Shown here one piece after another: positions 1 through 13,000 of a stretch of DNA of 64,000 nucleotides. The stretch's first letter is position 1. Each line of letters starts with the position of its first letter. The notes below the pieces were generated by a model. The model ran no database searches, had not been told where the DNA came from, and saw only the letters and a program-made list of their open reading frames with translations. The DNA comes from Klebsormidium nitens (taxonomy: Eukaryota > Plantae > Klebsormidiophyceae). The DNA lies in the NCBI GenBank assembly GCA_000708835.1, contig DF237060.1:124001-188000 (forward strand). The letters run 5' to 3'. A program made the position numbers and the translations under genes.

Positions 1-343
1 CCAGATCGACCAGATTGACAAGATCTTTAAAGTCTAGGTGATCATTGTCATTCGAGTTCTTCACGGTCCTAGGCAAAGACAGTTGTCATCAAGTCCTCCT
101 TTTCTCTCAAAGTAGTCTCGAGTGGCGAGAGCGAGGAAGCATTGTCAGAGCTGGATAGGAGCGTTCACAACCCCTTTCAGTCGACCAGATCGACAAGATT
201 CTCAAGGTCCTAGGTAGCGATGCATGTCACTATACGGTCCTTTCCTTGCGTCGTTCCACGTTGTGTTGAGTGACTCACAGTGGGCGTGCAAAGCCCTGCC
301 GAATTGACCAAATCGAAAAGATTCTCAAAGTGTTAGGTGAGGC
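1..343 (+). repeat. Three degenerate copies of a CDKE1 exon 3' end plus donor site ([11 protein letters not shown]|gt)
   Basis: gaccagattgacaagatctttaaagtctaggtg (8-40), gaccagatcgacaagattctcaaggtcctaggtag (~183-217), gaccaaatcgaaaagattctcaaagtgttaggtgag (~306-341). The first two carry 1-bp deletions relative to the expected NPFQ(L/I)[11 protein letters not shown] frame. Confidence 0.8.
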
Positions 344-3300
344 AATTACGCATTTTGCGCCTGCGCGTTTATTCTTGATTTGTTATTGTTGACAAACCCC
401 TTTGCATCGAATGTTGGGGCAGGAGCTCTTGCTTCCTGCTTTCCCAACGTGTATCCCGAAGCAGTCGGTGTCGAGACGGTGCGTGAACACTGGTCAGGCA
501 TTGCTTTAGAGTTGAAATGATGTTTTGCGAGACTCTGCTACCTTGGTTTTTATATCCAAAGATACAATCGGTCCATAAATTATGAAACTCATTCGGAGGC
601 AAGACGTACCACGTGAGTGCGGTGCAAAGTCCTCTGCTGATCGCCTCGCCGCCTGCGTACAGGTCCCCCGTCTGTTGACACGTGGCCGGGCCTGGCGCAC
701 CTCCCGTACTGGCAGCATAATCGGCAGTCCATCCAGAACAAGAAGTAGTACGTGTTTCTCGACACCCTTCCTGTTTGTACTCTCCAATCTGATAGTTTTG
801 TTACAGATCAGTAACCGGCAGTAGGTGCAGTCGGTCCTGTCAGCCGCGATCCCCGTCTCAGCATCTGACCCCTCATCCAGAACGTGTGATCTCTTGTCTG
901 CGCTCCCATCCCCTATGTCATGCTGTCACACGCAGTCTGCCAGTGCTTACTTGGGTATATGTCAGGCGCTATTTTCGCAATGCGAATCAGACGGCTTTTG
1001 ACCAAAGATCCTGAATCGGTTTCTGTCCCTCACTTCCCTGTGATCAAACAGCGCCTTCCCTCCATTCTCTCGTCGCCACATAGCCCTCCCAGCTTTCACT
1101 TTCAGACAGCCCCTGACATTAAGAGAGATTCCACGTGGCAGATCTCCTCCCGAACCCCCTTCATGCAACAAGACCAAACCCGCCATCCTTCTTTCTCGCA
1201 GTGACCACCCGCTTCTGCCGAGCATGACGGCGCACTTCGCAAAGACCGCCGCTTACGACCTGCTGACGAAGATGTTCGAGTACGACCCCGCCAAGAGGCT
1301 GACCGCCGAGCAGGCCCTTAAGCACGAGTACGTAACCCATTCTGGACTGGTTGATTGTCCTCACAACTTGAAAGCTAAGAGATTTCAATCAGGCGCCCGG
1401 GGGACGAACGGGTTAATGTTAGGCGTTAGGGTAGGTACGGGCATGAAGGTATGGTGAAAGGTCCTGGGATTTCTGGATCTCAGGCCTCGTAACTGTCCAA
1501 GGTTCTCGTTTTGAGCGAGCTGTGCAAGCTCGGTCCGAGCCCAACGTGAAATCTGATTGCAATTTTTTCGTGGAAGTAACAATTGCAGCCTTCAACTTGC
1601 CGTCAGCAATACAAAATGACAACGAGCTTTAGCATGAGGAAGCTGCCTTGCAGATGTCTGGTCCTTTGACGAAGGTTGTGGACTGCGCGTGCAGGTACTT
1701 CCGTCAGGAGCCGCTTCCCGGAAAGAAGTGAGTTGCCTTCCCACGAGTCCTGTCGGCTCATTCTGGTCTGTGGCGAGGCCTCGAACCTCAGAAAATGCGA
1801 TGTTGAAAGCCGGCTTTTGCCTTTTTCTGCATGAGAGCTGCTCGGCTGGCTTGCGGTAGAAAGTCCGCTTCCATCTGGCACCAAAGGGAACCAGGCCAGC
1901 CAGCGCTCGCGTGTTTTCTCTCCCTTTCTTTCGAATCAAAGAGCAGTTGGTCGATAAGAGTGCATAGTCTCACCAATCGTTGCCGATGTACATTCTTGCA
2001 TAAGGCGGTCGGTTGATAGTCAAGCTATGACCGCAGAAGCTAAAGGATCAGCCGGCGGGCGAAATCGTTACTTGTAGCGTTCTGCAACTTTTGAGCGGAT
2101 TGCAGAACCAACTAAAAAACCACCCGGTCTGTCAATCCGGAAATTTATATTAGCTGGAAAACCCCCCTTGCTGCGAGTATCCTCGTGTCGTCTACCTCGA
2201 AAAAATGGTTATGGTGTACTCATCCCGTCCGGTGGTCACCTCCCTCGACAGGACAAGACTGACCAGAGACACGACCTTGTAAACAGCCCGGTTGGTCCAC
2301 CCGGGCAGGATCACGTGACAAGCTCTTCTCTGCAGCTCGTCCGTGAGCGGCTACCCCGGTGAAAAGGGGTATGCTCGTTCTCGCTTGCTGGACACGGCGC
2401 TCGCCACGGACGAAGTACAACCAGCATTACGATCTTGTAAACAGCCCGGTTGGTCCACCCGGGCAAATCATACCACAGACTCCTTTCTGCAGCTCTTTCG
2501 TCAGGTAGCCCGGGGCAAGGGTCGTACGTCGCATAGTGGTAGCACCTTGTGAAACCAACGCTCGGCACAGTCACTCCTTTAAGACCAGAAAAGCAACCTT
2601 GTAAACAGCCCGGTTGGTCCCCCCTGGCAAACTCACTTCACAAATTCTCTCCCTTTCTGCAGCTCGTTCGTGAGCGGCCACCCCGGGGAAAAGGGCGTCG
2701 TGTACCCGTCACGGCCGATGGACACGTCCCTCGACACACAGACTTTAGAGTAGAGAAGCAACCTTGTAAACAGCCCGGCAAATCGAAGATTGAAAGACTA
2801 AGATTCTTTTTGCAGCTCGTTCGTGAGCGGCTACCCCGGAGAAAAGGTCGTGGTGTACCCGTCTCGCCCGGTGGACACGTCGCTCGACATGGGCAGCAAC
2901 GAGCCGACGCCCGTGGGCAACACCGCGAACCCCGCCAGCGGCCAGCAGAGAAGGTTTCAGCAGCAAGGGGGGGACCAGTCCGGCTCGGGACAGGGGGGGA
3001 CGACGACCGGGAGCAGACTCGGCCCGGTGAGAAACAACGTCACTGTTTGCGATTGTTACAGTGTTTAGCCTGTTTAAATTTGCCGTCCTGTTTGAACTCA
3101 TGCAAGGCCTTTCGAAGTGCTCACCCTGTGATTAAGATGACTCCCCTTTTCGAAACGTCCTCCAACAGTCTGAAAGTAGGCCCCTGTTGGGAAACACCGC
3201 TGTTTGATATCCGGCGCTGTATTCTTTGAAAAAGATCGGATTGGACAAACTCTGATACCAGCAATGATGTCCTTGGCGATATGCTAGCTCATCACCCGGA

Positions 3301-3923
3301 CGTCTCATGGTCATTTCTTCTTGGGCTTTCTTGATCGACTTCTGTTGGAGCAGAGAGGAAAGAATTCGTCAACAATGGCAGTGCTTTGCTGGCTCCCTTA
3401 TTAGAAAGCTTCCTGCGCTACCTGTTCTTGCTCTTGGCTCGTCGGCGGGCAGGAAATCAACGGGGAAATCTGTGCTCAAAAACAGCCTGGCCATCTGCGA
3501 TCCGTATACCTTGCTTGACCGCGCTGTAATTCGTTGACCGTTGCAACCCCGTGTTTATCAACCTCAAACCGCGGTACTTCAGACGCTGAAGCGAAGAGTG
3601 CACGGAGGCCGTCGATTGTACAAGAGTAGTCAAAGCCAAAGACAGGTTTTGCGGGTCCTTCGTTTTCTCCTCCTCCTCTTGTTCCACAAAGGAGCCCCTT
3701 CTGCGCGCGGTCCGAGAGCTTCGCCGATTCGTCAGTGAGAGGGTCGAAAGGGTCCAGTGCTCACAATTTCTCAGCAACCAGATTGGTCTCAATCCCTCTT
3801 TATATCTGTGATGTGTTTTCACCATGATCTTCTTACCGTCCGTACCATACGCAGGGCGGGAGTGGACGGCGGTCTGACGGCCGCTCCCAAGGGCAGGGCC
3901 CGAGCAAGATGCAGAGGAGATAG
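1..3923 (+). CDS. CDKE1: Cyclin-dependent kinase E-1 / CDK8 (Mediator kinase), 3' part; 5' exons lie upstream of the window
   Basis: Exons spliced by eye with consistent phases: ~663-747 ([27 protein letters not shown]), 1201-1328 ([42 protein letters not shown]), 1695-1727 ([11 protein letters not shown]), ~2817-3026 ([24 protein letters not shown]...), 3855-3923 ([22 protein letters not shown]). Matches kinase subdomains X-XI and the plant CDKE1 tail as I recall it ([37 protein letters not shown]...YPTRPVDT). Confidence 0.9.
2140..2890 (+). repeat. Tandem array of ~160-165 bp units, each an intron 3' end plus the start of the CDKE1 [10 protein letters not shown] exon
   Basis: Anchor cttgtaaacagcccgg at 2276, 2434, 2598, 2763 (spacing 158/164/165). 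Each unit contains tgcag|ctc(g)t..tgagcggc.acccc-like acceptor-exon sequence. Only the last unit continues as an intact exon. Confidence 0.9.
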
Positions 3924-6900
3924 GCCTGCGGACCCTGGCGAGACGCCCCTTTCCCCAACGGACAGTCCCTCTCATCCCGATTGTGCACGGGATGGAGCTG
4001 CCGGGTGCACGGACCAGCGTGCACGAAAACTTCTCTGCACGAATGCCACGTGGCAGAGCTCGGCAATTGTGACAGATGCGATCTTCGTCGGGACGGACAC
4101 GCTGCAAACGGACAGAACAGCGCACAGCATAAGCCCGAAGATTGCTGACGGCACGATACGCCCCGGGGTTGCGCACCGTGAGCGGTTTGGCACCTGTCCC
4201 TGTGTTGGTCACATGAGTCATCCCTTCTTTAAAGATGTGGCCAAGAGGCTCAAAAGCGAAGCGGACAGTCGGTCGAGATGTTTGTAACTTCTTGCCTGTC
4301 GAAAGTAGCTCACCAACGGGACAGTAGGTGCAAACAGCGGAATCAGGCTCGACGCGACATCTAGGCCTGCGGGTAACTGCCTTAGAGTAGGCAAGCAAGA
4401 GGCCGCTCTTCCAATTCATGCCTGGTCCTTTACACTTGCTGTAACACGTGGATACAATCAGGAACAACGAGGTTCTTGAGCGCGGCCCTCTAAACTGGGT
4501 GGCCAAGCCTTGGCGGTTGAAACATATGCAGGGTTGTGGATTCAAGACTCGGAAACCATCATAACATGTGTCGAAGCAAGAGTGTCTTAGCACAATAAGA
4601 GGCTACATATCAGGCGACTGCAAATAGCGCGCTGGCATTGGATTCCACTTATCTATTTAGAAGGACATGTTCGTCGTCATTTGAAGCTTTTAGAACTGTA
4701 AAATAAAACGGAGCTATATATTGAGTCCGGTCATCAATGCAGAACATGTCGGGACCTTGTTGATAAAATGATGTGACTCAAGATCACTGGCGGCATCCGC
4801 AACCGGACCGCTTTGGCGTGGCCGCACGTACCACATGCCGCCATGCGCAGTCGACAAACTTGAAACCAGGCCGGGCGGCTAGGGTGCCGCCTGACAGTGG
4901 GAGCCTCCCACTGGCCTGAGGCCATGAGCCTGTCTCCTTCCGTATATAAATGTTCAGCCTGCTTAAGGTATAAACTATATATACACCGCTATATATAGCT
5001 GGCATACCGGATATTGTAGGCGGTTGGGACCGATGCATGTTTGCATGCTGGTGACATGTGAGTCGATAATCGCCGCGCATACCTGACTCACTTGATACGT
5101 GAAGAATGGCCTCTGACAAGATCTAAATCCCACTGTCTGAGTCTAGAATTATCATGGATTGATTTGCTATGCAATGGATTGAATCATTGCGCGAAAACTA
5201 CTGTAATGGGATCACGAGGCCGGATTTGAGCATGTGATGGTCGAATTATTTGCATGGCTCGGGCCAGTCCTGGACTAAGATTGAAACGAGTAATGCCCTC
5301 TTCACGATGTATGTTCGTCTCGATCCAGATGGGCTAAAGATAGCGTGAGCACTATGTAGTGCAATGCCCTGCATAATGCATCTTAGACCGGTAGCTAGCC
5401 TGCCTGTAGACTCACTGGCAGGCGCGTGGCCGGCGCCGCCCACTCTCGGCTGCACTACGGTATTAATAGCGAGACTCAGAGAGACGAAAAGGATTGTCCA
5501 AATGGCCTGTGAATGATTGGTCGCGCTGATTGAAGGCTTCTCTGGGTCAACCCTTAATTGCTTATAACATCCGCAGTCTTGTCGAATAGGTATTTTGGCA
5601 GGGTGTTGGTGCAGGTTGTACTGTACCAAGATGCGTTAAGCATCTTCCGGGTACTTTTCAGAACTTTTTTGCAGCTTAATTTCACGGCTGGCACGGGCCC
5701 TCAGTGGTTGATCTTATGGCCCCTGTTGAATAGACGTCAGAGGATTCATTATATAAAGGGAAGGAAGTATGGTGAGAACTTGGTCTTTCGGTGGTCTTTT
5801 GAGGATGCCACAGAGTCGTTGAAATAGCTGGAAACGCAAGGAAATGGCACTCAAGTAACATTGAAGCAGCTTAGAACCGCACAATGTTGGTTTGTGCAGT
5901 GATCTCCAAGACGTCAGTGCTGACACCTGTCACGGATCGGATATCGGCCTTCCGTCATATACTCTTCCGTATTTTCAACCTCGATCCGAGAGCGGACTTC
6001 TCTCTCTTCCGCCGTTAGCTGGGGACCTTCGGACCGTCCGTCTCCGGCATGGAACAAGGCTGAGGTTCAATTGCTCGATTCTTGGCAGCCTGAGGCTGCG
6101 CCAGCCTGCGCGACGGCCGGTCGGGCGGTTTCGGCGCGAGTCTAGGTCGTCCCAATCGTCGGCGCGCAGAGTTTCTTACATTCGGCGGGGCCGAGTCCGT
6201 AGGACTTTGATCGCGCGACCTGGCTTCTGGTTAAATCGAACTCGCGGGACGCCTTGTAACCATCGACGCGCTGACGTACGCGTCTGAAAGGTTTCAGGGT
6301 TTTGCAAAGATTCACAAGAATGCTAAAGGATGTGACAGTCCTAGTCAGCATAGCAGTCCTCTCTTGAATGACATTCGGAACGGGACAGGAGGACGGGCCT
6401 TGCTCAAGCGAGCGAACTGTACGTCATCAATGCTGGCACATGCAGCCGTCAAAGCGTCGCATGGGGAACATCGAAACTCTCGAAGTCGGGACAAAAGTGA
6501 ACGCTGCCCCTAACTAATCAAAGCTTTAAGCTCTTTCTGATCTTCTGAAGCACCTTCACCTCCGAGACCAACACAAGTAGTGGCAGAGGTTGTTAATTGG
6601 CTGCGTGACGTCTCTCTGTGTGAAGAGTCCACTGGTGTAGAAATGAGCTCACACCGAACCGCCTTAACTAAGAAACGCATCTCATGCACACAGTAATCTA
6701 GAGCCTTGCAACGTGTTGGCTGCAATCGAGGAGGGTTTTGGTATGTCTAAGCTGCTATCTGCAGAATCATTGCCGTATCAGATCTGCCAAAAAAAATAGT
6801 TGCCGTGACAGATTGAGGACGGGTCAGTTCAACTTTCAATAAGCTCCTGAAATAGGCGCAGGCTGTGAGCTCTGAATCACAGCCATTTGCTGAGTCCTTT

Positions 6901-7023
6901 GACGCGACTCCAAGCCGTCTGCTCTGGAGCATTCCTGCAAGCGGTTGGGTTGAGGAGGAAGAAGAATTGGGCCGGGGCGATTTGGGCAGTGGCGAGCGCC
7001 GTGATCGATGCAGCAGCGCATGA

Positions 7024-10000
7024 ATGGAAAGAAAAAAGAAACGCAAGGTCCCTTGGGGCTCGGGTATCGACTTAGAGAATTTTGGCAGCCTCCCCAACAC
7101 CTCAGCATCAGCGTTTGAAGGAAGGGGCGCGTCCTCCTTTTCGCTTCGACCACGGCTCAGAGAGGAGATCGGGAGCTCCGTCCCACAAGACCAGGACAGA
7201 GAACAGGAGAGAAGTCACGAGCAGATCTCGAGTGCTGAGCAAGGAACATCCTCAGCAGCACCCATGAGCACAGCACCTCGGGGCAGTGAAACAGAGGCGG
7301 AAAGACTTGCTGCCGCAATCTGGAAGCGAGAGCATCGGACGGGGATAGCAGGCTCAGTTTTGACGGCCATCCAGTTTGCCAAGAGATGCATGTCCAGCCT
7401 TATCTTCGACCACAAGCAGTGAGTAATGAGGGAATATGTTCTTTTGTCCACACTTGACTGTGGTTATCCCTCAACCGTTTTCTAAGAATAAACTGTCAAT
7501 GGTAGACAGCTTTAAACTGTTATCCATCTTCCAAGGTGCGTTTGCTCTTTGCAGTGTGCAACGTGGTATGCGGCAAAGGACACTGCCTTCAATTGGTCGT
7601 CTAACACATGTGTGCCTACCAGATCTGCTCTCTTTTGAGTTGTGACATGATGTGATCATTCGTCCTTGCAGTGAAAAGCAAACGACAACCTTTGGCAGAA
7701 GCTGCGCCGAAACAGTAACTTCCCTCAAAGTAGCCGAGGACGCTACCCTCAACTCCAGGAAGGTTGGGTCTGTAAATGGGGTTCAAGGCTCAGGCAAGAG
7801 CACAATGGTAAGTAGAAAGGTAACAAATCTCTTTCGAGATGTCTCAGACCCTCACATTGAAAGCAGTGTATTACGTCCACATGGCTCACAGTCCAAGCTA
7901 AAATGGATTGAGAAAGCTTGCTAGTGCAACCCTCTGACCGAGAGCGTCTAATGTTGCCATAGTCAATTCTCAACAGCTTATTAGGCTCAAAAGCGGCAGC
8001 GAATGTGGCATGGGCCGAGGTTCCTTAGTAAACTTGAGCTCGAGGATCTGTTGCCCCTTGGTCTAAATCAGGTGTCCGAGCATGCAACTCATTCTGCTCC
8101 TTTGGTGATGACAATCTGGATCGAGTCCGGCAAGACAATCTGCCTTCCTACTTCCTCCTCGTGTCCTTTAGAGAGGAGCTGCATAGGACTTCCTGAAGAT
8201 TACCTCTCAAAACTTGAGGTGCTCTTAAGTCTCAGACGTGTTCTCTTTGCTTGCAGATGACCAATCTCAGCAGCTGCGAAGATGAAGAGAGCGTTCCTCA
8301 GACCGATGCTGAGGCTGCACATAGCCCCGAGCCGCAGCTGACCATTCGGATCAGTCAAGAGGAGTCCAAGGAGCGATTCCCAAGGATCGAAAGCTTTGTG
8401 GTGAACAGCTACATAGAAACCTTCGACTTGGGAGATGGGAAGACCTGGGAGAAGGCAGTGGTACTTGAACAGAACGATCTGACGACTGGCCAATACACAG
8501 TGAGTTGGTAATAACCCGCTGGATGGATGACCAACATAGGACATCTTTCAAAACCGGAATATTCAATCATTGTGACCTGGACCTGGTACTTCATCTGGAC
8601 CTGTGAGACGTGAGATCAGCCCTCTAACGCGACGTATCTGCAGTGGATTCTGCCTGGCTTGGAATGATGCTACTCTTTCAGTGTTTGAATGTAAACCATT
8701 CTAGCATGATTAGTGAGCTCAACGCGCTTGGTTACACGAATGCAACAGCCGTTCCCCTTCAAAAGCCTCGAAAGTTACATTGTGTGTAATTTCGTGAAGC
8801 AAAGGTTTGGGGCCTTTGACAACTCACGTCCTTCGCTCGTGCCCTTTCAGATTCGTTATCTAGACGAGGAGAACAAGACAAACCCGAGCGACCGTACCCA
8901 AGTTCGCCTTTGTGTTGATCCACCCAAGCTCCAAAACGGATACTTGCTCGCGAGGCCTTCGTACAGGGTGGCTACGGTAAGTTCAAGAGAGCATCAGCCG
9001 CCGTTACTACGAAATCTTCGCTAGCTCCCAGTTAGTCGGACATCACTTCTCGCCTGTTAAGTCGCCTGGTATAAATGGCTCGTTTCTGTGCGACTTTTCA
9101 AATTTTGGCTGCATAGTCATACTGGGCTTTTGCATCGAGAGCAAATACGGGCTGCTTTTCAGGACGAACGCCCTACGTATAACTGGTCCAAGGCATCAAG
9201 CATCCGAAGCATCCTGTTCCAAGGCTCAAGACATTCAAGTTTCATTCAAGAGGTCATGCCAACAGTGCTTTGTGGAACTGCTCTTTGATACCCACTCCTA
9301 GGTGGCCGTTTCCCGTCGATTTCTGCTTTCATGTTGGAGTAAAGCTCTGCTTTGAGGTCCAGCCGAGATCCTAACCAAGGCTGTCACATACTGGTTTGAT
9401 GCGTTTTCTGATTGCTGCAAAGGACACAAGCCTTTCCTCTCTCTATAGGTAGCGGAAGCAGAGGAGTACTTCGGTAACAAGGAACGAGAGATGGAGTCCT
9501 TTGGAGAGGGCATTCACGCCCTGGGAAACTTCGGAGATTCAAGTCTCGTGCCACTGGAAAAGACCTACACGATGGGAGAGACCAAGGTGGTGTTGAGGGG
9601 ATTCAGCAAACGCTTGGTAGCCTATTATATCCATCAGCTCATGGAGGAGAAGTGGATGAACTCAGACGACTACGATACTTCTCAACGCGAATTCTCAGCA
9701 GCAGAGCTCAAGCGCATCAAGGCCAACGGGGTGGTTGGTCGCAGAATCATTGGCGTTCCGGAGGCCACTCCCATCGAGGACATTCCGTATGAGACGATAT
9801 GCTGCTTTCAAGAGCAGGAGAAGGCCATTGGAAAGGCAGGTCGCAATTGGAAAGGCAGGTCGCTTGTTAGAGTTGATATTTTGATATTTACTATCAATAA
9901 GTTGTGCGCCTAAATGGTGACTTTGGTCAGTTCAGATGCTTTTGCCATTTTTGTTGTAGAGATTTGCCCTTGACACAATTGCAATCATTAGTTAAGGCTG

Positions 10001-13000
10001 CTCTTTTATATTCTATTTGCTGAAGTGATCAACGAGCGTACTTGTCGAGGCGACTGCGGTTGAAAAGGTTTTGTCAAAATTAATCCGACTGGGCAGACCC
10101 TGTCGAGTCACTGAATATAAGGGAGTACAGCTTCTTTCAATGATTGGATCCAATCATCGGTTGTCATTCTACTGGCTTTCCTATTGGATAACGAGTTTGA
10201 CGTAATCCTAACAACGCTGACGACGAACTTGTTGCGGCGCTCCGAGCCATTCATCGCGCAAATGATATTCCGAATCCTTGTATTCCATCAGATCCACGAG
10301 TACTCCTTCAGCCACGAGGGCCGATCAGAGGACGAGAAGAACTTTCTGTTCCGCAAACTGTGCAAGGAGGTGAAGCTGCTCACCACGCAACGTCTCGAAG
10401 CGGACTGCATCTTCAATGACCTTTGCGTCCCGCTCTGGCACTCCGTGACGGAAAGCCAGCCGGACTCTTCGTTACCGGGGGTGGTTATGATCGACAACCC
10501 GGGCGATAACTTTGTATCGGGAACGCACGAACTGGTAAGCTTGCTACGCACATCATTTTAGGAATTGGAGACTGGCAAAAGACTGAGATCGGTCTGCTTC
10601 TTCCTAAGTGTCTACTGTATATGTGGTTGCTATTCCCTACAAAGTTTACCGCAGATCAGACTTGAGACTGCCTTTTGATCAGTGAACGTGCACCGGCGGA
10701 AAAGCGAAGCTCGCTTCATTAGTCTATGCTACAGATTTGTGTAGAAGCGACTTCCCAATTTTTTGCTCTAATCGAATTTTTCAACCCCTCCATCATAGAT
10801 CAAGCCGCAGCCAGATTGCGGTGTTATCACGATCACTGCAACCGCAGGGCGTCACGGTGAAGAGAAGCACGAGGTAAGAAACGACTCGCCAATACTTCGG
10901 GGATCTCCTGCTCGTCATTGATTATGGCCGCTTGGTCTCCCTTAAGTAGAGCTGAGCCCGTCTCCGGAAAAAAGCCGTCTGATGCGTCGGGTTTGCAATG
11001 GTCTGACTTCTACATCTGTACAGTCTCTCACTAGAGGAGTCCGAGTTAGCAGGACTTGTAATGATCAACATGTAGACGTTAGATTGTTAGGTGGCCCTCT
11101 CCCCGACCATTATAGGAGCAGCAACTTGTCATGCGTTAATTCAAGGGCAATATGTCAGCACCGGGTGATGCTTCAAGGCGTTCCCCTTATTCCCCGTGAA
11201 GCCTAAGCTGGAATCTGATCTTCTTGACTGGCTCTCTTTGTTGAAGGGCGCTTACAAGCAGGCCACAGAGCTGCTTTTCCGAGGGGAGCTCAAACACCAT
11301 CGTCAGTCTCCAAACGGACGCATCGACTTCGACCTAGCTCCAGAGGCGGAAGTGGCCTTGGTTTTCAACGCTGACAAAGAGTGGGACAACGTTCGGTCTC
11401 AAGGGATTTGCATTGGCGTTTTTGAAGAATGGTAAAGCTTTGATCTTTCCTTCTAGCAACAATCGCTTGATTCCGTAGAATGTTTTGGAGTAGTCATCGC
11501 CTCGCCTGACTTCTTGGTCTTTGTTGTAAAATCGCGATGCAGATTTCAGAAAATCAGAATAGATTTCTTGGCTGGCTCCTCTAATTTTGGTCATGTTGGA
11601 GTACTAACGTTTGAATCCACTTTATTGCCTTTCTGCTGCATACGTTGTCGGTTGCGTTCTATCCTACCAAATCACGCTTCTGGAAATTTACCACATGGGA
11701 TTGCCTCTGTAAAATCTGTGCGGCTTGTTTCACGTCTCACAGGTATGCGGCGTGCCAGGAGACGGGGAAGAAACTTGGTCCCGAAACTCAGCTAGGCAAA
11801 GAGTACCTGAAGGTCCGGAATCGAGTCGATGCGCTCAAGAAGACGCGAACCTCCGAGCTACGGGACTTCGCCGTCAAATACCTGCAGCGGGAACTTGGGA
11901 TACCGAGGGACCTTGCTCGACAGCTGGTCAAGAAACGGATGGAGGAGGCCTTCCAAATGTACGCTGTATGCCTGCGCTACGGCCGTAAGAGGGACCACTA
12001 CGACGGCCACGGATCCCCGGGGGTGAGTCAAGCGGTCATTTGATGATGTGGGGATCCTTACCCAACTTGCTCACGATCTCTAATTCTCTCAAAAGTGCAT
12101 GTAGCTCTGTCTTCTCGACACCCATCACTCCAACGGAGGACCCTCAACTCCAACTCCAGCTCGAGTGCATACTAACTCTCCCTGTTACTGGTGTGTTTAT
12201 TCAGCTCTTACGTTTCATCCGGAAAATTCTGGCCCCTCAACTCATTGCGAGGCTACATCGTGGTGCTATTCGTTGAAACAAGTCGCGAGTGTTTGCTGGG
12301 TTCTGGCCTCGAACTTCCGGATCAAAGTCGTAATGAACGAAAGCGCCCTACTCGACTATGTTCCAAAACGCCATATCCATTCATCCGTTCCAGGAGCCGC
12401 GCATGGCACCGGAGGACGTCGGAATGGACGCGCTGACGAACTTCATAAAAAAGCCACCCCTCAGCCATCGGCCCTTGAAACCCGTGATCGTCGAGGCTTC
12501 GGCGCTGCTATCTCAAGGACAAGCAGTCCTGGAAGGGGAGCTTGGGGTGTTCCGGCTGCAGTACGGCGGCCGGTCGGACGCCGACGTCCGCCAGGCCCTC
12601 GACGGACCAGTGCAAGCGGCTCTGAACAGCTTCACGGAGGAGATGGCCCTAGTGTCCATTCTCGAAAATCATGCCAAGAGGGAGATGCGGGAGAATTTGG
12701 AGGCTCGAGGGAAGAGGTGCACCAAGGAAGTGGCAGCGGAGCAGGTAAGGGCTGCTTTTCACAAGGGAACGGTGTTGGTTGGCACGAGGTTGAAAACTCA
12801 GCGATTTACGTCAGAATTCCTGATCTGAATACTGGCTTGGGCATGTCAGCTGACAGCTTTGAAGCTTTCAAGATTGCATGTATGCAAGACTCGAGCTGTT
12901 ACGGGTTTCGAACTACGGGCCACATGCCTTGTAGTCGATTCCTCCTGCATAGGGATTCAAGCAAGAGCAAGTTGATCTGCGGATTGTTTATCCCTGAGCA

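Noticed and set aside
3457-4593. 378-aa minus-strand ORF
   Set aside because: Antisense to the last intron, exon and 3' UTR of CDKE1, no ATG-led start in the frame shown, no recognisable motif. Most likely a chance ORF.
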